Assembly: GCA_963695095.1 (NCBI GenBank)
Contig: CAVOFT010000001.1
Location: forward strand, 2,080,001 to 2,144,000
Reading direction: 5' to 3'
Source of the DNA: an uncultured bacterium
GTDB lineage: Bacteria > Krumholzibacteriota > Krumholzibacteriia > JACNKJ01
Length of the DNA stretch: 64,000 nt
A program made the translations under genes and the position numbers. Positions 28,988-39,439 of the stretch are shown in pieces. The notes under the pieces were generated by a model. The model was not told the DNA's origin and did no database searches. It saw nothing but the letters and a program-made list of their open reading frames with translations. The first letter of the stretch is position 1; each line of letters opens with the position of its first letter.

Positions 28988-31453
28988 TCAGCCGCCCAAC
29001 GGAAGCGTGTAGCCCTGATCGCGGAGTTCGAGTTCAGTGCTGTTGGCACTGGGATCCACGATGCGGGGCGTGATGAAGATGATCAGCTCGCGCTTGCTGT
29101 CATTGATGTTGCTATAGCCGAACAGGCGGCCGAGGATGGGCAGCTTGCCCAGGAAGGGCACGTCGCGGTTCAAGCTGCTGTCGCTGGACTTGATGAGCCC
29201 GGCGATCACGGCCGTGGAGCCGTTGTCGACCATCACGTTCGTCTTGCTCTCGCTCGTCGTGATGATGACGCCGCCCTGCACGGTGGCCTCGCTGGCCAGG
29301 TCGCTCACCTCGGTGAGCACCTGCATCAAGATCTTGCCGTCGGGGTTGATGTGCGGCGTGACCACCATCTTGATGCCGATCGTGGTGAGCTGCGTGATCG
29401 CGTTGCCCGCCTCGTCGGCGACGATGAGGGGAATCTTCTTGCCGACGAGGATGTTCGCCTCGCGGTTGTCCATCGTCGTCACGCGCGGCGTGCTGATGAT
29501 GTTCGCCTTGTTCTCCAGCTCCAGCGCCTGCAGGGCGACGTTCAGCTCGCCCCAGCTGCGCACGACGCCGAGCTTCACGTCGGCCACCGGACTGGCGAAG
29601 CTCCCGTCCACGCTGGCGTTGCCGGCCACGCCGGCGTCCGTGTTGGCCAGGTTGAGCGCATCCCAGCGGACGCCCAGGTCCCGGCTCGCGCGGTAGTCGA
29701 GGTCGACGATGCGCGCCGTGATCTCTACCTGGGGCATCAGCAGATCGAGCTGCTGGGCCAGGCTGACCACCATCTGCACGTTCTCCGGCAAGTCGGTGAC
29801 GAGGATGGCGTTCGTGCGATCGTCCACGTCCATCTTGCCGCGCTCGGAGAGCATCTTCGACAGGGGATCGGTCAGCTCGCCGGCCACGGCATAGGAGAGC
29901 TTGATCACCTGGGTTTCCAGGGGCCGGTACTCGCTGCGCTTGCGCTCGGCCGTGAGCAGCTCCATCTCTTCCTGGAGCAGGCTGCTGCGAGGCGCCACGC
30001 GCAGGACGCCGTACTCTTCCTTCACGGTGTAGCCGTTGGCGCTGCAGACGGCCGCCAGGGCCTTGCGCCAGGGCACGCTGGTCAGGTGCACGGAGACCTT
30101 GCCCTGCACTTCCTTGCCCGAGATGATGTTGACGCCGGCGAACTCGGAGAAGGCATGGAGCAGGGTGCGGAACTCGGCGCCGCGCATCTCCAGCGTGATC
30201 AGCGCCTCGTCGCTCTTCGCCCGGCGCTGGCCGCTGAGCAGCAGCGCATCGGGCGCGCGCTCGCTCTTGGCGACCGGAGCCTTTTCGGCCTGGGCCACCT
30301 GCACGGTCCGCGTGAAGGCGGGCGCCTGCACCGGGCTCGCCCCGATCTCCTCGGCGCCTGCCGCGAGGGTCAATTCGCGGCCGAGATCCGGGGCCGTCGA
30401 CCTGGCGGCCGCAGCGCTGGGAGCCGTGGCTGCCGCGCCGGAGGCCGCTGCCGGGGCCGTACTCGCCTTGTTCTCGCTCGCCGCCGCCTGCGCGATCGAC
30501 GCAGCGGGCGCGGGCTTGCTCACGGCATCCGGCAGGCTGGCACCGGTACTGCCGCCACTCACTGCCGCCGCGGCAACAGCGACCGGCGCTGCGGTCTGCT
30601 TGGCGGCCGGGCTGGCCGCGCCGGCGGCCGGCGCCTCGAAGGGATCGCTGGCCACGAAGATGGGATCGCTCGCGAACATGAGCGTCGCCGGATCGGCGGC
30701 GACGGTCTCGCTCTCGCCATCGCTCAGGCGCGCGAACTCATCGTTCGCCGTGTTCGCAGTCGCGGCGGCCTGCTTTGCGGCCGCCGCCTCCCAGGCCGGG
30801 GGCGCCGGGTCCTCGCGACCGAGATCGGCAGCCGGCGCGGACTGCGCGGACGCGGGCAGGGAGACCTCGGGCAGCGCTTCGGCGAGCGGCAGGGTACTCA
30901 TGTCGATCAGCGAGGCGCGGCTGAGGGCCGGCGCTGCGCTGGCCGCTGCCGCCGTGGCCGTTCCCTCCACGGGCGCCGGGCTCGCCGCCGCCTTGGCCGG
31001 CGGCGAACTGACCGCGGCTTCCTTCGGCGCTGCGCTCGGCGCGCTGCGCTCGCTCGTGGCGGCCTGACTGCTCGCCGGACTCAACACGAGGCGCAGCGAG
31101 CGGTCGCCCGCCTCGGTGAGGAAGTTCTGCGCGAGCGAAAGGTCGAGGACGACGCGCGTCTTGAGACCGCCCGGCTCCTCCGGCTCATTCTGGCCGACGC
31201 GGATGCCCGAGAGGGCGCCACTGCCGGGATAGGCGGCCTGGGCGAGCCCGGTTCGCACGCCGGGGAAATCCAGCACGATCCGGTCGGGCCCTTCCATCAC
31301 CAGGCTCCGGCTCTCGAAGGGGCCGTCGAAGCCGAGGATCAGCACGCCGTCCTCCCAGACCAGGGAGTCGAGCAGCGTGGCCGCCTCGGCCAAGGGGCCG
31401 GTGCAGGCCAGGATGGCCAGCAGGCCGGCGATCCTCAAGGTCTTGACGAGCAT
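28988..31453 (-). CDS. pilQ: Type IV pilus secretin with an N-terminal AMIN domain and a long Ala/Pro/Ser linker
   Basis: Signal peptide; AMIN (PDRIVLDF...RVVLDL); N0 (VPW..AL); DDRTNAILV; QVEITARIV; VPFLGKLPILGRLF...ELIIFITPRI. Confidence 0.95.
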   Translation of the reverse strand: MLVKTLRIAGLLAILACTGPLAEAATLLDSLVWEDGVLILGFDGPFESRSLVMEGPDRIVLDFPGVRTGLAQAAYPGSGALSGIRVGQNEPEEPGGLKTRVVLDLSLAQNFLTEAGDRSLRLVLSPASSQAATSERSAPSAAPKEAAVSSPPAKAAASPAPVEGTATAAAASAAPALSRASLIDMSTLPLAEALPEVSLPASAQSAPAADLGREDPAPPAWEAAAAKQAAATANTANDEFARLSDGESETVAADPATLMFASDPIFVASDPFEAPAAGAASPAAKQTAAPVAVAAAAVSGGSTGASLPDAVSKPAPAASIAQAAASENKASTAPAAASGAAATAPSAAAARSTAPDLGRELTLAAGAEEIGASPVQAPAFTRTVQVAQAEKAPVAKSERAPDALLLSGQRRAKSDEALITLEMRGAEFRTLLHAFSEFAGVNIISGKEVQGKVSVHLTSVPWRKALAAVCSANGYTVKEEYGVLRVAPRSSLLQEEMELLTAERKRSEYRPLETQVIKLSYAVAGELTDPLSKMLSERGKMDVDDRTNAILVTDLPENVQMVVSLAQQLDLLMPQVEITARIVDLDYRASRDLGVRWDALNLANTDAGVAGNASVDGSFASPVADVKLGVVRSWGELNVALQALELENKANIISTPRVTTMDNREANILVGKKIPLIVADEAGNAITQLTTIGIKMVVTPHINPDGKILMQVLTEVSDLASEATVQGGVIITTSESKTNVMVDNGSTAVIAGLIKSSDSSLNRDVPFLGKLPILGRLFGYSNINDSKRELIIFITPRIVDPSANSTELELRDQGYTLPLGG

Positions 31454-31454
31454 C

Positions 31455-31889
31455 TCACTCTCCTTCCTTGGCGAGCTCAAGACGGACCTGCTGCCGCGAG
31501 TCGCCGTTGCGCATCCAGGCGATGAGGGCCGCCTCGTCGATGCCGGTGACGCTGCCGCCCTCAATGGGATCGCCCTTGGCCAGGGCATAGCTGTCGCCAT
31601 TTTCATCCTCCACCAGCGCGATGTAGCCGCCGGGCAGGCGCACGATCCCCACGAGCTTGGCGCTGCGCAGGTCGAGCTCCGCCGTGGAACGCTTGTTGCC
31701 CGCGCTGTAGTCGGGCAACTCGAAGGGATCGCGGCCGAGGTTCGCCTGGTAGGGCACCGAGCGCAGCTGCAAGCTCTGCAGCGAGGGATCCGCCGCCGCG
31801 GGTTCCTCCTGGGCGCCGGCCGCCGTTGCCAGCGTGAGGCTCAGCAGCGCCATGAGCACCGCGAGCCGGCCGAGGTCAGTGCGACGCAT
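31455..31889 (-). CDS. pilP: PilP-like protein
   Basis: Y...GRDPF, LVGIV and ALVE..G..Y....GD; lies between pilO and pilQ. Confidence 0.75.
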   Translation of the reverse strand: MRRTDLGRLAVLMALLSLTLATAAGAQEEPAAADPSLQSLQLRSVPYQANLGRDPFELPDYSAGNKRSTAELDLRSAKLVGIVRLPGGYIALVEDENGDSYALAKGDPIEGGSVTGIDEAALIAWMRNGDSRQQVRLELAKEGE

Positions 31890-32598
31890 TGCGCGCCTCC
31901 TTGCTGGCGGCCGCCGTCTTGCTGGCGGCGGCCTTCGTATTCGCAGCCGTGCCGCCGGCGGCCTTCGCTCTTGGCGCCGGGGCTTCCGCCACGGTCGCCA
32001 CGCCGCCGGTGGCCTCCATCATGTAGAGCGTGGCGCGGAAGCTGGCCTCGATGGTCCCCTCCTTGAGCCCGCCCTCGACGTTCTTGCGCGCGGCGGTGTC
32101 GCCAATGCCCTTGAGCGTCAGCCCTTCCGTGCGGATGACGCGCGAGGCGTTGGCGACCAGGCCGATGAAGCGGCCCACGTCGTGATAGTCGCCGTGCACG
32201 CGCATCTCGATGGGCCGCGTCTCGACGCCCTCGCCGGGCGTCGCCTGACCGGGCTGCAACAGGTCGATCTTGACGCCGACCGAGGTGGCCAGGCGCGCGA
32301 TCTCGCGCAGGAACTCGGGCATCTCTTCGCTGCGCGGCAGGAGCGCTTCCAGGCGCTGCCAATCCTGCTGCATCTCGCTCATGCGGGCCTGCAGCAGCTC
32401 CAGGCGCCCGGCGCGACTGCGCGCGATGCTGAGCTTGCGCTCCTGCTCGGCCAGCTCGGCGTCGAGGCGCGCGATCTGCCCCTTCTGCACCCGGTAGGTG
32501 AAGGGCAAGAGCGTGCTGCCGAAGAAGACATAGCCCAGGAGCGCCGCGATCAAGATCGTGAAGGAGCGCCGCTGGACGACGGGATCCTGCAGGTTCAT
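31876..32598 (-). CDS. pilO: Type IV pilus assembly protein PilO
   Basis: TM plus coiled coil, LP..EEMP..L..I and G.YH.VG.F. Confidence 0.9.
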   Translation of the reverse strand: MNLQDPVVQRRSFTILIAALLGYVFFGSTLLPFTYRVQKGQIARLDAELAEQERKLSIARSRAGRLELLQARMSEMQQDWQRLEALLPRSEEMPEFLREIARLATSVGVKIDLLQPGQATPGEGVETRPIEMRVHGDYHDVGRFIGLVANASRVIRTEGLTLKGIGDTAARKNVEGGLKEGTIEASFRATLYMMEATGGVATVAEAPAPRAKAAGGTAANTKAAASKTAAASKEARNASH

Positions 32599-33203
32599 GA
32601 CTTCCGGCCCCCGGGGCTGGGCTCCGGCTCGAGGGCGGGCGGCGATCCGCCGGCGCCCCAGGCGGCCGAAACCGTGAAGAAGATCATCTGCCGGGTGCCG
32701 AGCAGGCTGCGCTCGGCCTTGACGAGCTGCACACCGGCGAACTGACCGCTCATCTCCATCGCTTTCATCAGCTCGGAGACGGGCTGGAAGCTCTCGGCCA
32801 CGCCCTCCAGGGTGCTGCGGTTGCCGCCTTGATTGCGGCCGAGCTGCTTGAGCCAGAGGCCGGTGGGCAGCACCATGTTCACGGAATTGAGCCACTCCAC
32901 GTTCTCGAAGCGGTGGGCTTCGAGCTGACGCAGCACGTCCAGGCGCTCGGTCAGCAGCGCGCTCTGCACTTCGAGCTGCTCGATGGCCTTGGTCTGCCGC
33001 GCGAGCCGCTCCTCTTCCTCGTTCTGCTCGACGCGCTTGGCCTCCAGGCTCTTCAGCCGATGCGTCTGCTGGAGATAGGTGTAGCCGCCGGCGGCCAGGA
33101 TGAGGAAGGCCGCCACGAAGATAGCCAGGGACACCTTGTCCGGCAGGCGCAGGCTGCGCTGCCGGGGTCGATCCTCGCTCGGCAACAGGTTGATGCGAAT
33201 CAT
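32595..33203 (-). CDS. pilN: Type IV pilus assembly protein PilN
   Basis: MIRINLLP, TM, coiled coil and LP.GLWL. Confidence 0.92.
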   Translation of the reverse strand: MIRINLLPSEDRPRQRSLRLPDKVSLAIFVAAFLILAAGGYTYLQQTHRLKSLEAKRVEQNEEEERLARQTKAIEQLEVQSALLTERLDVLRQLEAHRFENVEWLNSVNMVLPTGLWLKQLGRNQGGNRSTLEGVAESFQPVSELMKAMEMSGQFAGVQLVKAERSLLGTRQMIFFTVSAAWGAGGSPPALEPEPSPGGRKS

Positions 33204-34258
33204 GCGCTCACCTCCCGCAGGCCCAGGCCGACGGCCACGCCGAGTAGCGCGGGCAGGCCGAGCTCGCGCATCTCGGTCTCCATCTCGGGATCGATGTCGA
33301 GCGCGGCCAGGGGATCGACGGTCTTGACCGGCAGGCGCAAGCGCTCTTCCAGCCGCTCCCGCAGGACGGGCAGGTTGCCGCCACCGCCCGAGAGGTAGAC
33401 GCCGCTGAGCTCCTCCACCTCACCCGCCGAGCGCAGGTAAGCCAGGCTGCGCTCCAGACCGACGGCGATCTCCTCGGCCAGACGGGCGATCGTCTCCTGG
33501 CCGGCTTCCTCGGGGTGGGTCTTCTCGACATTGTTCGTGCTGATCAGGCGCAGCGCTTCCTCGTAGGGAATCTCCAGGTCGCGCTGCAGGGCTTCGACGT
33601 ACTGCCCGCAGCCCACGCTGAAGTCCCGCGTGAAGAGCGGGAAGCCCTGGCGGACGATGCTGACGTTCGTCACTTCGGAGCCCACATTGACGAGCGTGGC
33701 CAGCGGCTCCTCGGCGCGCAGGCCCTCGTGCAGGTTCTGGATGGCGAAGGTGTCGACGTCGATCACCACCGGGTTCAGCCCGGCGTCGCGCAGCAGCGAC
33801 AGGTGCTCGTAGATCACCTCGCGCTTGGCGGCCACCAGCAGCACTTCCATCTTGCCGTCGCCCGCGTTGGGCTCGAGCACCTGGAAGTCGAGGCTGACGT
33901 CCTCGATTTCGAAAGGAATGTGGCTGGAGGCTTCCATCTCGATGAGGGCGCGCGCTTCCTCGCTGCTCATGCGGTCCATCAAGAGGCGCTTGACGATGAC
34001 CGAGCGGCTGGAGACCGCCGTCACCACCTTGCCCTTCTTGATGCCCCCGTTGGCGAAGGCCGTCTCGATCGCTTCCAGCAGCAGATCCCTGTCCATGATC
34101 TCGCCCTCGACGACCGCGTCGGGGGAGACATGGGAGCTGCCGTAGCGCAGAAGGCGCGGCCCGTTCTCGCCGCGCCCGATCTCGACTACCTTGACCAGCC
34201 GGCTGCCGATGTCGAGGGCGACCACATGATCGCTCTCCTTCTTGAAGGGCAGCTTCAT
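33200..34258 (-). CDS. pilM: Type IV pilus assembly protein PilM
   Basis: ALDIGS, IPF.IEDV.LDF, VLLVAAK and LSGGG. SD AGGAGG. Confidence 0.95.
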   Translation of the reverse strand: MKLPFKKESDHVVALDIGSRLVKVVEIGRGENGPRLLRYGSSHVSPDAVVEGEIMDRDLLLEAIETAFANGGIKKGKVVTAVSSRSVIVKRLLMDRMSSEEARALIEMEASSHIPFEIEDVSLDFQVLEPNAGDGKMEVLLVAAKREVIYEHLSLLRDAGLNPVVIDVDTFAIQNLHEGLRAEEPLATLVNVGSEVTNVSIVRQGFPLFTRDFSVGCGQYVEALQRDLEIPYEEALRLISTNNVEKTHPEEAGQETIARLAEEIAVGLERSLAYLRSAGEVEELSGVYLSGGGGNLPVLRERLEERLRLPVKTVDPLAALDIDPEMETEMRELGLPALLGVAVGLGLREVSA

Positions 34259-34328
34259 TTCACCTCCTGGGGAGCGGCGCGGCGGGCAATGCGCCAAACG
34301 CCTCGGACTCCGGGTGCTCGCTTACAAC

Positions 34329-34344
34329 TGCAAGGGACGTGCCA
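34329..34344 (-). promoter_or_regulatory. Sigma54 (-24/-12) promoter for pilMNOPQ
   Basis: TGGCACGTCCCTTGCA matches the TGGCACG-N4-TTGCW consensus exactly. Confidence 0.85.
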
Positions 34345-34351
34345 TCATTCC

Positions 34352-35023
34352 TCATGAGGTCGAGGGAGGAGATGCCGTCAGGCGCTCCTGACTGGGCTCT
34401 AGCAGGATTGCTTCCAGACGGCGGACATTCTCGAGCGCGGCCTCGCGCACCTGCGGATGCTCCGCGGTGGCGGCGACTTGCAGCCACATCTCGCGGGCGA
34501 CGCTCGGATCGCCGCCCAGCTCGGTGATGCGCGCGGCGAAATGCCGCCAGGCGGGCGCGACGCCGGGGCAGCGGCCCGCCCGCTCGAAGGCCGCCCTGGC
34601 CTCCTGGTAGTTTTCCAGCCAGAGGTAGTGGAAGAAGCCCTGCTCGTAGGGATAGATCCAGGTGTCCGGATTGGCCCGCTCCGCCCAGGCCAGCCAGCGC
34701 AGGGCGCCCTCGGGATCCTCGAGATCCGTCGCCCGCACCACTGCCGCGAAGAGCGTCGCGCGGTGGAAGCTCGGATCCAGGCGCATCAGTCGCTCCACCC
34801 GCTGGTTGAAACCGGAGAGGTCGTGCTGCCCCAGTCGATAGCCGCCGAAGTACTGGAGCAGATCGAACCAGTAGTAGTCCGCGAGCAGAGCCTCGCTGCC
34901 CAGCATCACCGCCTCGAGCGGTCGCCGCAGCTCCTGCTGCCGGATCAGCGGCGCGGGCTGGCCGAGCTGGGCGAAGGCGAGCAGCAGCAGGCTCAGCGCG
35001 GCCATGGCGAGCGATCGGGCCAT
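34352..35023 (-). CDS. TPR-like membrane-anchored pilus accessory protein (PilG/XapA-like)
   Basis: N-terminal hydrophobic segment, LLADYYW...LQYFG, LDP.F, TPR-like W.YPYE.GF..Y..L.NY..A. Follows the ABC permease in the pil locus. Confidence 0.7.
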   Translation of the reverse strand: MARSLAMAALSLLLLAFAQLGQPAPLIRQQELRRPLEAVMLGSEALLADYYWFDLLQYFGGYRLGQHDLSGFNQRVERLMRLDPSFHRATLFAAVVRATDLEDPEGALRWLAWAERANPDTWIYPYEQGFFHYLWLENYQEARAAFERAGRCPGVAPAWRHFAARITELGGDPSVAREMWLQVAATAEHPQVREAALENVRRLEAILLEPSQERLTASPPSTS

Positions 35024-35790
35024 CAGCGGATCTCGCGCCGCGCGAAGATGGCCGCCGCGGCGCCGATGAGGGCCGTGAAGTAGAGGAGCGTGTAGCCGAG
35101 GGCGGCCAGCAGCGCGTCGGGCGCGGGGGGGCTGCCCCCCACCAGGCTGTTGCGCACGCGGTAGAGCTCCAGGTGCGGCAGCAGCCAGTGCGCCGCCAGG
35201 GCGAGCGCGCTGAGCAGGCCGCCGTCGGTGAGCGAAGCGAAGCGCAGGAGGTCGGCCGACAGATGGCCGGCGGCGAAGACGGCCAGGGCCAGGAACAGCG
35301 TCATCGCGAAGCCGGTGAAGGTCGAAAAGAGCAGCACCAGGCCGGCCAGCAAGCTCATCTCGAGGAACACGTAGAGCAGGCCCGCGGCGAGACCGGGCAG
35401 CGCGGCCACCCCCGTCGCCCAGCCGATGCCGAGATAGATCAGGGCGGCGGCGCCGATGACGAGGCCGAGCACGCCGAGCAGCCCGCTCAGGCGGCCGAGC
35501 AGATACTCCTGCCGCGACACGGGCCGCGTCAGCACGCCGAGCCAGATGCCGCGCTCGCGCTCGCGATGCAGGTTCCAGGCGCCCATCACCAGCGTGGCCA
35601 GCATGGCCGAGACGTGGATCCAGGCGAGGGCCGCGTCGTGGAAGGTCTTGTCGCGCGCGCCGAGGGTCAGCGGGGCCACGAGGGCGAGCACGCAGAGCAA
35701 GATGGCGCCCAGGCCGAGCAGGCTGTAGAGCAGGCGGTCGCGCAGGGCCTCGCGCAGGCCGGCGAGGGTCAGCACGGCGACGTTTCTCAT
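35023..35790 (-). CDS. ABC-2 type permease (PilI-like)
   Basis: REALRDR, multiple TM segments, L.RPVSR..YLLG and terminal F.RREI. Confidence 0.88.
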   Translation of the reverse strand: MRNVAVLTLAGLREALRDRLLYSLLGLGAILLCVLALVAPLTLGARDKTFHDAALAWIHVSAMLATLVMGAWNLHRERERGIWLGVLTRPVSRQEYLLGRLSGLLGVLGLVIGAAALIYLGIGWATGVAALPGLAAGLLYVFLEMSLLAGLVLLFSTFTGFAMTLFLALAVFAAGHLSADLLRFASLTDGGLLSALALAAHWLLPHLELYRVRNSLVGGSPPAPDALLAALGYTLLYFTALIGAAAAIFARREIR

Positions 35791-36752
35791 GCCGGCTCCT
35801 TTTCGCGGCGGGGCCGAGGCATGTCTGCGGGCTCCTCGGCAATGCTGGCCAGGATCTCCTCCGCCGGCAGCTCGCGTCGCTCGGCGAGCTCCAGGATGGG
35901 AATGCCCAGCGCCGTCCAGCGCTGCAGGAGCGTCTGGGCGCGCTCGAAGGGCAGGCCGCGGAAGGCCGCGGTCTCGCCCTCGCGCACGCCCTCGAGGTCG
36001 GGCGCGTCCAGGCGCGCTTCCTTGCTCTTCTCGAAGGGGATGCGGATGTCCATGGCCAGCGGCGCCGCGCCGGCGGGGCCGAGCGCGATCTCGCGGCCGA
36101 TGCGGCCGTCCTTGAGAACGCCCAGGCGATCGGCGATGGCTTCCAGCTCCGCAAGGATGTGGCTGGAGACGATCATGCCGGTGCCGGCGCGCTTCTGCTC
36201 GAGCAGGATGTCGATCACGCGCTGGCGCTGCAGCGGGTCGAGGGCCGTCAGCGGCTCATCCAGAATGAGCAGCTCGGGCCGCGAAAGCAGGGCCAGGGCC
36301 AGGGCCACGCGCTGCACCGTACCCCGCGAGAGCTGGCGCAGTTCGCGGTGGCCCACCGCGCTGAGATCGAACTGCGCCGCCAGCCAGTCGACGCGATTGC
36401 CGGCCGTCACGAGGCGCGAGGCGACGAGGGCGGCGTGGAAGCGCATCAGCTCGCGCACGGTGAGATTGGGCGGGAACTGGGGGTTCTCCGGGCAATAGCC
36501 CAGGCGCAGGTGCACGTCGCGGTCGCCCGGCCGCCCGCCCAGGATGCTGATGCTGCCGGCCTCGGCGCGGGCCAGCCCCGTGAGCAGGCGGAAGGTGGTG
36601 CTCTTGCCGGCGCCGTTCCGCCCCAGGAGGCCATAGACCTCGCCGCGGCCCACCGTCAGGCTCAGCCCGCGCAGCACGGACAGCCGCCTGCCCAGCCCGA
36701 GCCGGTAGCTCTTGGCGAGATCCTGGATGCTCAGCAGCGCGCCATCCGTCAT
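35787..36752 (-). CDS. ABC transporter ATP-binding protein (PilH-like)
   Basis: Walker A GRNGAGKST, signature LSRG, Walker B LILDEP and SSH. Confidence 0.92.
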   Translation of the reverse strand: MTDGALLSIQDLAKSYRLGLGRRLSVLRGLSLTVGRGEVYGLLGRNGAGKSTTFRLLTGLARAEAGSISILGGRPGDRDVHLRLGYCPENPQFPPNLTVRELMRFHAALVASRLVTAGNRVDWLAAQFDLSAVGHRELRQLSRGTVQRVALALALLSRPELLILDEPLTALDPLQRQRVIDILLEQKRAGTGMIVSSHILAELEAIADRLGVLKDGRIGREIALGPAGAAPLAMDIRIPFEKSKEARLDAPDLEGVREGETAAFRGLPFERAQTLLQRWTALGIPILELAERRELPAEEILASIAEEPADMPRPRREKEPA

Positions 36753-36845
36753 CGCGCCTCCCCTGGCCAATAGCGGTCGATTGTTCCCCTGGGCAGGCAG
36801 AAAAGTGGCCGCTTCCGCGGCCACGGACCTGCCAGCCGAGCTTGT

Positions 36846-36862
36846 CGCACGGGTCGTTCCAA
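36846..36862 (-). promoter_or_regulatory. Probable sigma54 promoter for the pilus ABC transporter genes
   Basis: TTGGAACGACCCGTGCG: GG-N10-GC spacing conserved, with mismatches to consensus. Confidence 0.55.
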
Positions 36863-36902
36863 TCTGACGGCACGGGAAAGAAGAGGGAGGGCCGGGGCGG
36901 AA

Positions 36903-37316
36903 TCAGCCGTTGCTGAGCGTCTGCAGGAGCGCCGCCGACGAGCCGTAGCAGTTGAGGCGGTAGCGCTGGGCGGCACCCACCGCGACCGGGTCCTGGTAGT
37001 CCACCATGCCCTCGGACGCTCCGGCGCCCACCGTGAGGCCGGCGCCGCCCGCAAAGGGATTGCTGACCAGGGCGCCGCCGGGCAGGTTGGCCTGGATGTC
37101 GGCCAGGGCCGTGGCCGCCGGCGGATAGCTGCCGAAGTTGGAGGCGGCGTAGGACTCGACGGCGAGCTGGCAACTGTGTCCGTTGCCCTTGACCGATGCC
37201 TCGCGAGCGCGGTCGCGCATCGTCGTGAAGTTCGGGGTGGCGACAGCCGCGAGGATACCGATGATCACGATGACGATCATCAACTCGATGAGCGTGAATC
37301 CGCGATTCGATGTCAT
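36903..37316 (-). CDS. Second type IVa pilin, paralog of the adjacent pilA (alternative start 37340)
   Basis: Class III signal RG|FTLIELMIVIVIIGILAA. Shares DRAREA.VK.NGH..QLAVE and CYG..A.L...LSNG with the upstream pilin. Confidence 0.92.
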   Translation of the reverse strand: MTSNRGFTLIELMIVIVIIGILAAVATPNFTTMRDRAREASVKGNGHSCQLAVESYAASNFGSYPPAATALADIQANLPGGALVSNPFAGGAGLTVGAGASEGMVDYQDPVAVGAAQRYRLNCYGSSAALLQTLSNG

Positions 37317-37344
37317 CAGCCGGCGCACCCGCGACCTCATCAGG

Positions 37345-37384
37345 TAGAGAGAAGAGGCCGGCGGGGGCCCCCCGGCCCCCGCCG
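37345..37384 (-). terminator. Hairpin between the two pilin genes (terminator or mRNA stabiliser)
   Basis: Perfect 11-bp stem CGGCGGGGGCC/GGCCCCCGCCG with a 4-nt loop, then a pyrimidine tract CTCTTCTCTCT. Confidence 0.7.
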
Positions 37385-37398
37385 TCCACTGCAATCGA

Positions 37399-37815
37399 CT
37401 AGCCGTTGGACAGGCTCAGCACGAGCGCGGCGTTCTTGCCGTAGCAATCGAGCTGATACAGGTTCGGCACACCCGTGGTCGTGGGATCCGAGTAGTCCAC
37501 GGCCCCCTCGAGGGCGCCGCCGCCGGCGGTGAAGCCAGCATTGGCAGCCACGATGGGATTCGCGAATTCCACGCCGCCGGGCATCGCACCCTCAATGAGG
37601 GCCTCGGCGCCCGCGCCGTCCGGATAGATGCCATTGCCCTGAACAGCCAGATCCTCGACGGCGAGCTGCGCCGTGTGGCCGTTCGACTTCACGGCCGCCT
37701 CACGAGCGCGGTCCTGCATGGCAACAAAGTTCGGGATCGCGATGGCGGCCAGGATGCCGATGATCACGACCACGATCATGAGTTCGATCAGGGTGAAACC
37801 CTTGTTGGAAAACAT
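37399..37815 (-). CDS. pilA: Major type IVa pilin
   Basis: KG|FTLIELMIVVVIIGILAAIAIP, strong SD AGGAGG, its own sigma54 promoter, downstream of pilR. Confidence 0.93.
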   Translation of the reverse strand: MFSNKGFTLIELMIVVVIIGILAAIAIPNFVAMQDRAREAAVKSNGHTAQLAVEDLAVQGNGIYPDGAGAEALIEGAMPGGVEFANPIVAANAGFTAGGGALEGAVDYSDPTTTGVPNLYQLDCYGKNAALVLSLSNG

Positions 37816-37885
37816 CTGAGATAACCTCCTGTTGGTCCGCCGAATCGGGCGCCGGTGGCTCCTTGCTCGGTCCGGGCCCCTTCAA

Positions 37886-37902
37886 CGCAAGGGTGATGCC
37901 AA
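37886..37902 (-). promoter_or_regulatory. Sigma54 promoter for pilA
   Basis: TTGGCATCACCCTTGCG (GG-N10-GC). Confidence 0.88.
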
Positions 37903-37910
37903 GGCCCCCT

Positions 37911-37973
37911 TGCAGATTGTGGAGCGACAAGCCCCAGCGTTGCCCGGACTTGCGGCTCCCGTTGCAATCTGCA
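37911..37973. repeat. Imperfect inverted repeat upstream of the pilA promoter; candidate PilR sites or RNA hairpin
   Basis: TGCAGATTG (37911) and CAATCTGCA (37965), with inner arms GGAGC..CAAG and CTTG..GCTCC. Confidence 0.6.
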
Positions 37974-38029
37974 CGCGCGTCCCGTGGCCGCGTCTCCGTG
38001 CAGTTTGGGCCCCGCGGGGCCCGAGGGCT

Positions 38030-39415
<1,386 letters not shown>

Positions 39416-39439
39416 GAATCGGGGCTCCCTCTGCTGGTG

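Noticed and set aside
36903..37815. Conductive e-pili or antigenic-variation cassettes
   Set aside because: Both pilins are full length with intact leaders, not short Geobacter-type pilins or 5'-truncated silent copies. No recombination repeats are visible.
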